Shown in pieces: positions 17,917-24,000 of a DNA stretch of 24,000 nucleotides. The notes below the pieces were generated by a model. That model was not told the origin of the DNA. It saw only the letters and a list, made by a program, of their open reading frames with translations, and ran no database searches. Numbering within the stretch: position 1 is the first letter of the stretch; the number at the start of each line of letters is the position of its first letter. The DNA comes from Methanosarcinaceae archaeon (GTDB lineage: Archaea; Halobacteriota; Methanosarcinia; Methanosarcinales; Methanosarcinaceae), in contig JAMJFS010000005.1 in the NCBI GenBank assembly GCA_023544565.1, positions 9,453-33,452 on the forward strand. The letters run 5' to 3'. Position numbers and translations under genes: made by a program.

Positions 17917-18005
17917 TTAATTGAGATGTTAACAGGGTTTCAGTTCAAAATTATTTAAGTTTTGTCATAATTCGCAGATATTAACAAAACAAAGAGTATG
18001 GAAGC

Positions 18006-19077
18006 TCAAACATTCAACATTCTCAATTCTCTCGACAACATATAATATGTCAAACCGAAAGCCATCATATCAGCCAGAGGAAACACGATCCAGACTACGA
18101 TCAATCCAAAGAATATTGGAAATATCAGCACCAGGGGGTATAAGGAAAAAAACCTGACGAGCCAGAGACAGGATCATTGAAGGTCTTGCCTTACCGATGG
18201 ACTGGTAATAAGCCGAACCTACGATCTGGTAACCTATGAAAGGAAATGCAAGTACAATGATCTTAAGCGCGAAAGTGCCAGAATCTATTAATTGTTGGTC
18301 TGTTGTGAAAATCCCAAATATTTGCATCGGGAACAATAATAAGACAAGAAAGCCAAATATCGATATGCCTGTCATGATCTTGATGGACAACAAGATCGTA
18401 TCCTTAACCCTTTTGTAGTTCCCTGCGCCATAATTGAATCCAACGATCGGCTGCATACCCTGTATAGTTCCGAACATCGGCATAAAGATAATCATCATCA
18501 AACGATTGATAACTCCAAACGCCGCAATTGCAACATCTCCGCCATAAAATGCAAGATTATGATTAAGGATCACCACCATAACACTGGTCGATGCCTGCCT
18601 GACAAAACCGGAAATTCCAATCGCAATAGTCTCTCTGACAATGTTATACTGAAGTTTTAAATTTTTCAACTTTAAAGCAAGGACACTCTTGCCGGAAACA
18701 AAATAATATAAAATATAGATAGCACCTACCATTTGCGATATAACAGTCGCCAATGCTGCACCCTTAACACCCATGTGTAAACCAAAAATAAACACCGGGT
18801 CCAGAAAAATATTAAGCACACCGGAAAGGATCATCACGATCATTGCATCCTTTGCATTCCCCTCCGCCCGTAAAACATTATTAATTGACATTGCAAAAGC
18901 AAAGAAGATAGTTCCATACAAAATGATCTCAAGATAATCCAGAGAATAAGGTAAAATAGTATCAGTCAGATTATAGAGAGCTTGAACCAGCATCCCCACT
19001 GTTGCAGGAACTGATAATTTGAAAAGAAGTTTTCCAATACTTTGATCAGCCAATGATCTTGTCCGTTCGTTCATCAA
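18006..19077 (-). pseudogene. MATE-family efflux transporter, apparently decayed (frameshift in a C5/G5 run plus probable internal in-frame deletion)
   Basis: The N-terminus IGKLLFKLSVPATVGMLVQALYNLTDTI jumps straight to LPYSLDYLEIILYG. The track ORF ends in nonsense (PPGADISNILWIDRSLDRVSSG*). Removing one C at 18134-18138 gives the expected hydrophobic tail LVLIFPIFFGLIVVWIVFPLADMMAFGLTYYMLSRELRMLNV*, ending at TGA 18006-18008. Confidence 0.7.
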
Positions 19078-19208
19078 AGATGCCTTATTTGATGTATTTG
19101 AAAAATATTCATAATATTATGATATTCGTTTTTCATTAATTTATATCCCATAGATCCATTCGGTATAAAAAATCACATATCGATTCAATTATACTTAATC
19201 CTATCCAC

Positions 19209-19290
19209 GAGTCAAAAATGTCAGAATTTTATGGTTGTCAATATAAAAAGTCGATACCGTGATCCATACATTAACGTGACATTTTGACTC
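19209..19290. repeat. 15-bp inverted repeat pair separated by ~53 bp (possible cruciform or MITE-like remnant)
   Basis: GAGTCAAAAATGTCA (19209-19223) versus the reverse complement of TGACATTTTGACTC (19277-19290), which is GAGTCAAAATGTCA. The arms differ by a single A. Confidence 0.6.
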
Positions 19291-19313
19291 AGGAATGTAC
19301 ATCAAACAAGATC

Positions 19314-19373
19314 AAATGTACTTGTTCAGGTCATTTTGATGCCGAGTTAATCCACCACAGGCGGCATATCCCT
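19314..19373 (+). repeat. Family-B intergenic element (copy e1)
   Basis: aaatgtacttgttcaggtcaTTTTGATGCCGAgttAATCCaccacagGCGGCatatccc. The stem TGCCG/CGGCA encloses the AATCC box. Confidence 0.65.
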
Positions 19374-19415
19374 ACATTATCGATAAAATTTTCATCTTTT
19401 CACATTTAATTAACA

Positions 19416-19475
19416 AAATGATATTTGTTTCATTATTTTTGACGCCGAAACAATCCACAGTAGGAGAAGCGTCCC
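19416..19475 (+). repeat. Family-B intergenic element (copy e3)
   Basis: aaatgatatttgtttcattatTTTTGACGCCGAaacAATCCacagtaggagaaGCGTCcc, followed by tttataaaca. The stem here is GACGC/GCGTC. Confidence 0.65.
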
Positions 19476-19567
19476 TTTATAAACAAGAAAATAATCCCTT
19501 ATTGTCGCATTAATTCTAATTACGCAATACTACAAGAGACCTATCAGAAAAACCATATTACGAGTAT

Positions 19568-19602
19568 CAGTGGTGTTAGAATGCGCCGCCTGCGGCGGTT
19601 GT
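19568..19602 (-). repeat. GC-rich hairpin element downstream of hgcB, homologous to 15740-15774
   Basis: Reverse strand reads ACAACCGCCGCAGGCGGCGCATTCTAACACCACTG (hairpin CCGCC-GCA-GGCGG). On that strand it is preceded by TTTTGATGCAGA, which resembles the family-B leader TTTTGATGCCGA. Confidence 0.6.
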
Positions 19603-19635
19603 GGAATACGGCGTATTGATATATCTGCATCAAAA

Positions 19636-19917
19636 CTAACAGCATTCACCATCCCCACAAGTGACTTCCTTTTGTCCGGTAATTGCAGACCACATCATCG
19701 CATACGCGCATCCAACTCCACTCTCAACCTTGATCGCATCTGTCGGGCAATTGAGATGGCAGGCTCCACATTCCATGCATGCCTTCTTATCCACCAACTG
19801 CGCCGTCTTTTCACCATCACGGAATACACCATGGGGACAGACAGTGCTACACATCCCGCAATTGATGCACAACTTTGGATCATATTCCAGCGTATTCTCA
19901 GTATATGAATCAAACAT
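19636..19917 (-). CDS. hgcB: Mercury methylation ferredoxin HgcB (2x[4Fe-4S])
   Basis: CINCGMCSTVCP and the hallmark CMECGACHLNCP, with a C-terminal vicinal Cys pair (GDGECC). It overlaps hgcA by 8 nt (ATGTTTGA). The stop is TAG, followed by TTT TGA. Confidence 0.9.
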   Translation of the reverse strand: MFDSYTENTLEYDPKLCINCGMCSTVCPHGVFRDGEKTAQLVDKKACMECGACHLNCPTDAIKVESGVGCAYAMMWSAITGQKEVTCGDGECC

Positions 19918-20998
19918 AAGATCCCCCTCCTGTGATACTTATCAATCGAAGTACGATCATCAATAGAACACCAATTACAAACATCAATGCCATTATAGGA
20001 ACATACCTGTATATCTCTTTTTTAACACCAACCACAGACGTGAAAGTACTGGCTCCCGTGAAGTTAAGCGCGAAAAAAGCAGTGATTGGTGGCATAATTA
20101 ACAAAAATGACAATGCCAGACCCTTGTGCAGCCACCATATAGTATCAGTTGCCATAAATGCATTCCAGGAAAAAGGTAAAATGACCAAAAACCCTAAAAT
20201 AAATCCTTTTGTGCTAAAATCTTTCGTAGGAAGCAAAGGAAGCAACATCGGAAATAAAATCGTCCCTGCAAGAATTGCTACAATTGCAGAAAATACCCCC
20301 ATAACACCACCGATAAGCGAAATGCCAAGAATTACGACCAACAATATTTTTGGCATAAGTAACAACTCAACAGGAGCCAGAACCATGCGATCAAGGAGAG
20401 TGAAGCGAACACGCCGCATCTCATCCGTAGCACGGCGGTCTTTCATATACTCAGGCAGATCGGATGCACGCACAGGACCATACTCCACCTTAAACCCAGT
20501 GCGTGATTTGACCTTATGTGCAGTCACTCCGGTCGCACCAAGTTGCGGCACTATCAATACCCTGTGGTCAACTACATCTGCAAGCCCTGTAACTTCGATC
20601 CGGAATACAAGTTCATCAGTACCGAAAGTACCCTTACCTGCTGCACACCAGACATTAACACCTTTTGTATCAAGCACAAGGATATAACCATCTATTCCAA
20701 CAAGCGATGACCTTAACGCATCAAAACTGAGTGTATAATTCGCACTCACAAAAACCGGCGAATTCCTTGTAGGTTTCCCTAACGCGTAAAGCCCGGGTTC
20801 AACACGATGCTCACTGCGTTTTATTCCCAGTCGTGCAAAAAGATGGTCAAGGCGGTTGGCAGCAGTGATCTCACTTGTAGCGATCTTGATATCCTTCTGC
20901 TTAGAAAGTGATTCGGTATTTAAATCCAATACCATCGGTGCAGGTCCACAACACGATGTGCCACAGTTGCTGTCTTCCTTTTTTGGTAATATGCTCAT
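19910..20998 (-). CDS. hgcA: Mercury methylation corrinoid protein HgcA (cytosolic corrinoid-binding domain + C-terminal TM domain)
   Basis: Diagnostic cap-helix motif GVNVWCAAGKGTFGTDEL and a C-terminal ~170 aa with several hydrophobic helices. The preferred start is ATG 20998 (MSILPKKEDSNCGTSCCG); the track start is GTG 21007. Confidence 0.92.
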   Translation of the reverse strand: MSILPKKEDSNCGTSCCGPAPMVLDLNTESLSKQKDIKIATSEITAANRLDHLFARLGIKRSEHRVEPGLYALGKPTRNSPVFVSANYTLSFDALRSSLVGIDGYILVLDTKGVNVWCAAGKGTFGTDELVFRIEVTGLADVVDHRVLIVPQLGATGVTAHKVKSRTGFKVEYGPVRASDLPEYMKDRRATDEMRRVRFTLLDRMVLAPVELLLMPKILLVVILGISLIGGVMGVFSAIVAILAGTILFPMLLPLLPTKDFSTKGFILGFLVILPFSWNAFMATDTIWWLHKGLALSFLLIMPPITAFFALNFTGASTFTSVVGVKKEIYRYVPIMALMFVIGVLLMIVLRLISITGGGSYV

Positions 20999-21000
20999 TG

Positions 21001-21288
21001 CTAACACCTCACATCACAACATTCTGTGGCAGTTTCAATTCCCACATATCTCAACATTTTCTTGACATCTTCGTTCCGAATACTGTATATTATATTCCTG
21101 CCATCCTTCTCATACTTAAGAATTCCTGCTTCAACCAACGTCTTGAGATGCCTCGAAATTGTAGTCTGGTCTTTATTGATGCATGAAGTGAAATCGCATG
21201 CACAATGATCTTTCATCAGCAAAAAACTTACTATGCAAAGGCGGGTTTCATCTCCCAATGCTTTGAAGAATTTAACCATATTATTCAT
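21001..21288 (-). CDS. ArsR/SmtB-family metalloregulator upstream of hgcAB
   Basis: FKALGDETRLCIVSFL, metal-site-like HCACDF, wHTH DQTTISRHLKTLVEAGIL and a Cys-rich tail TECCDVRC. The preferred start is ATG 21288 (MNNMVKFF). The stop is TAG 21001-21003, followed by CAA TGA. Confidence 0.85.
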   Translation of the reverse strand: MNNMVKFFKALGDETRLCIVSFLLMKDHCACDFTSCINKDQTTISRHLKTLVEAGILKYEKDGRNIIYSIRNEDVKKMLRYVGIETATECCDVRC

Positions 21289-21345
21289 TGCATATATGTA
21301 CATTTGTGCATGTATAAATATGTTTTGCCATCTAAACAACAAAAT

Positions 21346-21380
21346 GTTACAGCCCATTACGGCCCATTACAGCCCATCAT
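21346..21380. repeat. 10-bp tandem direct repeat x3 (RGCCCATTAC) between ogt and the arsR promoter
   Basis: gttac|agcccattac|ggcccattac|agcccatcat read directly. The last unit overlaps the ogt stop codon (21377-21379). Confidence 0.85.
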
Positions 21381-21730
21381 TGTTCAATATCAAGCAATTT
21401 TTTCTTCAACCCTAATCCCCCGCTATATCCTCCAATATCGGTTTTTGCAACCACCCTGTGACACGGAATTACAATAGGATACGGATTTTTTGACAATGTC
21501 CGCCCCACAGCCCTTGCGCCTCCGCTGCTACCGATGCGATCTGCGAGTTCGGAATAAGTAACTGTCGTACCATAAGGGACCTTACGCACCTCATTTAGCA
21601 CAGCCTGCTCAAATTTAGTGAGATTGGATAAATTCGGTTCGTGTTTTAAAAAATCAACATTTTCGCCCATCAAATATCTTGAAATGTCCTTATAAAGTTC
21701 ATCAGAGTTCCAGAGTTCATAATTACTCAT
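21377..21730 (-). CDS. ogt: Methylated-DNA--protein-cysteine methyltransferase (Ogt/MGMT), short form
   Basis: Active site IPCHRVV, plus VPYGTTVTYSELA and GGYSGGLGLKKKLL. ATGA overlap with the upstream protease gene. Confidence 0.85.
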   Translation of the reverse strand: MSNYELWNSDELYKDISRYLMGENVDFLKHEPNLSNLTKFEQAVLNEVRKVPYGTTVTYSELADRIGSSGGARAVGRTLSKNPYPIVIPCHRVVAKTDIGGYSGGLGLKKKLLDIEQ

Positions 21731-22452
21731 AAATGATCACTATCGCCAAACACTTCCATCTCAAGCTGTTCCCTTTTTCGCTTATAACGCCACCATCTAA
21801 CCAACAACAAAACAACAACTGCCAATGAACCAACAACAAAAACCATCAAGTACGGGAGCGTGGCACTCAGCAACAGTGGATTCATATTATCCCTCTCCTC
21901 GTATGTCGGATACATGATGTCCTTCCTGTCATTGCTGTGTGCAAGCCCCAGCGCATGACCCAATTCATGTTTTGTGACCAAAAACATATTCAAGTCACCA
22001 TACTGGCGCCATGCATAACCCTGGTAGTTCCCGACCTCAAGCACAATATCACCACGCAGGTACTTACCATTGACCTCATAAGGACTCCAAAATCCTGCAA
22101 CACCTTCCTCTGCACCTGTAGCCTCTTCGATATTCTCAACCCACATAATGCGTATATCTGCATCATCTGTATTTACCATCTCAAAATCCGGCGTGAAATC
22201 CAACTTTGAGTTGCCGCCGTCCTCCCAATATAAAATAGCGGATTCAACTTGAACACGATAAGTTGAACTGTAATGTTGCGGAACATTCACATCATCAATG
22301 AAAACAGTAATTGGAGAATGGTCCCATGGAGTATCCAGAATTTTTGGATACTCATCAGCAGCTGATGCAAACTGTGATACAAATATAAGAGCTAAAAAAG
22401 AAATTATAACAATTGCAACACCATGTTTCTTTTCTGACATGATATTTTTCAT
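21727..22452 (-). CDS. Matrixin-like (M10/metzincin) zinc metalloprotease with signal peptide and C-terminal TM anchor
   Basis: HELGHALGLAHS (HExxHxxGxxH) followed by the Met-turn DIMYP. N-terminal signal VAIVIISFLALIFVSQFASA and a C-terminal helix LPYLMVFVVGSLAVVVLLLV followed by basic residues. Confidence 0.8.
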   Translation of the reverse strand: MKNIMSEKKHGVAIVIISFLALIFVSQFASAADEYPKILDTPWDHSPITVFIDDVNVPQHYSSTYRVQVESAILYWEDGGNSKLDFTPDFEMVNTDDADIRIMWVENIEEATGAEEGVAGFWSPYEVNGKYLRGDIVLEVGNYQGYAWRQYGDLNMFLVTKHELGHALGLAHSNDRKDIMYPTYEERDNMNPLLLSATLPYLMVFVVGSLAVVVLLLVRWWRYKRKREQLEMEVFGDSDHL

Positions 22453-22511
22453 AGCATATATTTTATAAATATATAGTACGAGTCAATTCGACCGAAGGAA
22501 GAATTTTCTCG
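22453..22511 (-). repeat. Family-A intergenic element, copy 2 (hairpin + TATA-like tail) filling the CMD-protease spacer
   Basis: Reverse strand reads CGAGAAAATTC-ttccttcggtc-GAATTGACTCG-tactatatatttataaaatatatgct, then ATG. It starts 1 nt after the CMD-family TAA, the same placement as copy 3. Confidence 0.75.
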
Positions 22512-22512
22512 C

Positions 22513-22965
22513 TTAATCGTCTTTATCAATTGAGAGGTCACAAACATCACACATTTTGCCGATGTCACCAACACAAGAAAGTTCAGAATCGAGTGCTCGC
22601 GTACCTTCGGCGAGCACAGAAGCATTGGACAATGTCCCCCCTATCAAAATAGCATCAAATATCTCTTCTTTTGAGATCCCCAACCTGGTTGCAACTCTTA
22701 TGTGCATCTTGAGGCAATGATCACATCGAAGCGCAGATGACACACCTATAGATATCAACTCTACCGTTCTTGAATCCATGCGCTTGAACTCACGCATGAT
22801 AGAATCATCGTATAGGATCTTTGGAATTAAAAGTTCAGGCATATCTTTCATGAAATTCAGGATATATGGGATCTCACCATATCGTTCCTTAACATCGCCA
22901 AGAAGTTCATCTACAGCATCCTCTGGTTCCTTTTTCAAAACTTCCCTGATCTTTTCAATTTTCAT
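22513..22965 (-). CDS. Carboxymuconolactone decarboxylase / AhpD-like family protein
   Basis: CMD-family core ...SSALRCDHCLKMHIRVATRLG... with a CxxC. The preferred start is ATG 22965 (MKIEKIREV) after a G-rich stretch; the track start is 22995. Confidence 0.75.
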   Translation of the reverse strand: MKIEKIREVLKKEPEDAVDELLGDVKERYGEIPYILNFMKDMPELLIPKILYDDSIMREFKRMDSRTVELISIGVSSALRCDHCLKMHIRVATRLGISKEEIFDAILIGGTLSNASVLAEGTRALDSELSCVGDIGKMCDVCDLSIDKDD

Positions 22966-23010
22966 CGAACAAGTCCCCCATCTATTTTGTGACATATAAG
23001 GATGGAAAAT

Positions 23011-23946
23011 TTATATTACAAAACCAATCTCTGATTTACGTTGTACTTTAATCAATATATAATTTTTCATTTTTGATGGCATGACCTTTGCCACTTCTGA
23101 AAGTGTAAGACCTTCATCGAATTCGATATTCTCAACCCTCTCATGGAACTCATCATAAGGCAACTTCACACGAAGCCCATCAAGCTGAATTGTGATAGGT
23201 GCAGGAGTCAAAACATGTTCAATCTCAGGTATCTGGTCTTTGATCTCTTTCATGATCCTTACAGGTAAAACAACAAGCGGATCCTTAGCAATCTCTTCCC
23301 GCACACGGTCAACCATTTCACTGACCATTTCATTCATCGTGTCAAGCCCTTCCAATTCCGGTTCTTTACGCAGACGATGTGACACACGCCCTATTCCCCC
23401 AATGTACATATTCGCATTGGGAATGTCCTCGGTTTTTATATCAGGTCCACCTGTAACCACAATTGGAATTTCAATGCCCTCAAATAATTTAGGCTTCTTG
23501 TTAATGATACAATCGCTAAATGTCCCAAATGAAAATAATGCGATATCATGCTCATTTATAAGTTTTCTCTCATAATCAGCAGACAATGCAACCCTTCGTC
23601 CCATGCCCCTTGCAAGACCTATCATATTGGTATTCGCACCACCACGACGCAAATACTCTGCAACATCACATGCCGAATGTGGCAGATGGTGATATGCAAG
23701 TGTGGGGGACACAACCGCGATCTCTGTACCTGTGAGTGGCGACTTTTTCAGTTTTCCAAGCAACTTTGTTGAAAGTGCTTCTACCAGATGTACATCCTTT
23801 TCAGGAATTAGCATAATAAGTGTGACTTCTGAAGCAGCCGGAATTGCCTGTATCAAATACCCGCCAAGATCCTCTAAAAGTTCAAGGATCAATCCATGTT
23901 TGTACATACCGCCATCGTAAATATAAGGTTCAAGAACTGCTGCCAC
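23011..23946 (-). CDS. mmp7: Methanogenesis marker protein 7 (McrC-like)
   Basis: LEPYIYDGGMYKHG N-terminus and a McrC-like core (IAVVSPTLAYHHLPHSACDVAEYLRRGGANTNMIGLARG). The length fits the family as I recall it. A GTG start at 23946 sits 5 nt after GGAGGTGA (track start ATG 23970). Confidence 0.65.
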   Translation of the reverse strand: MAAVLEPYIYDGGMYKHGLILELLEDLGGYLIQAIPAASEVTLIMLIPEKDVHLVEALSTKLLGKLKKSPLTGTEIAVVSPTLAYHHLPHSACDVAEYLRRGGANTNMIGLARGMGRRVALSADYERKLINEHDIALFSFGTFSDCIINKKPKLFEGIEIPIVVTGGPDIKTEDIPNANMYIGGIGRVSHRLRKEPELEGLDTMNEMVSEMVDRVREEIAKDPLVVLPVRIMKEIKDQIPEIEHVLTPAPITIQLDGLRVKLPYDEFHERVENIEFDEGLTLSEVAKVMPSKMKNYILIKVQRKSEIGFVI

Positions 23947-24000
23947 TTGGTTCACCTCCCAATAGTTCATCGAGCATCTTATGAGCTTGTTCTATCCACT

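Noticed and set aside
19295-19339. A 14-codon micro-ORF (MYIKQDQMYLFRSF*) whose end resembles the putative read-through tail of the cytochrome (...QYLFRYF*). This hinted at a conserved peptide.
   Set aside because: The third repeat copy (19416-19442) has the same nucleotides but an in-frame TGA just upstream (TGA TAT TTG TTT CAT TAT TTT TGA). The conservation is therefore at the nucleotide or repeat level, not the coding level.
19932-20687. A 251 aa ORF antisense to hgcA. Other long antisense ORFs fall in the same class (3144..3635, 17417..17920, 8127..8588, 9222..9569, 15269..15643, 172..477).
   Set aside because: These are shadow ORFs opposite genes with strong motif support. They have low-complexity or Ser/Ile-rich composition and no recognisable motifs.
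23930-24000. An open frame on the minus strand entering from the window edge (...WIEQAHKMLDELLGGEPSGSSS*), overlapping the mmp7 start region.
   Set aside because: It is plausibly the 3' end of the upstream gene, which would support the GTG 23946 start for mmp7. Only 23 codons are visible, however, so no call can be supported.

Overview
AT-rich archaeal chromosomal segment, most likely from a cytochrome-containing methanogen of the Methanosarcinales type. This placement rests on methanogenesis marker protein 7, the archaellum arl/fla genes, a PGF-CTERM sorting signal and hgcAB; I cannot name the genus from the sequence alone.

Gene order, left to right:
- 3' end of alaS.
- A signalling cluster: a KaiC/RecA-like ATPase, a PhnD-like binding protein translationally coupled to a HAMP-PAS histidine kinase, a P-loop-less RecA-like::REC hybrid, and a CheY-like REC.
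- A SAM-dependent methyltransferase.
- A secreted cytochrome with 11 haem motifs and a PGF-CTERM anchor.
- The archaellum accessory operon arlCDE-F-G-H-I-J, with no archaellin gene beside it.
- A second multihaem cytochrome. The ORF track splits it into two ORFs, but it reads as one frame through two in-frame TAG codons.
- A scramblase-family protein and a decayed MATE transporter.
- The arsR-hgcA-hgcB mercury-methylation cluster.
- ogt, a metzincin protease, an AhpD/CMD-family protein and mmp7.

Intergenic DNA carries at least two related families of short hairpin-forming repeats.

The most notable items are the TAG-interrupted cytochrome (candidate pyrrolysine or read-through gene, or a pseudogene), the hgcAB cluster, the KaiC-like/REC signalling cluster and the structured repeats. 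I saw no rRNA, tRNA, CRISPR array or transposase. All calls rest on reading the sequence and remembered family motifs; no searches were run.
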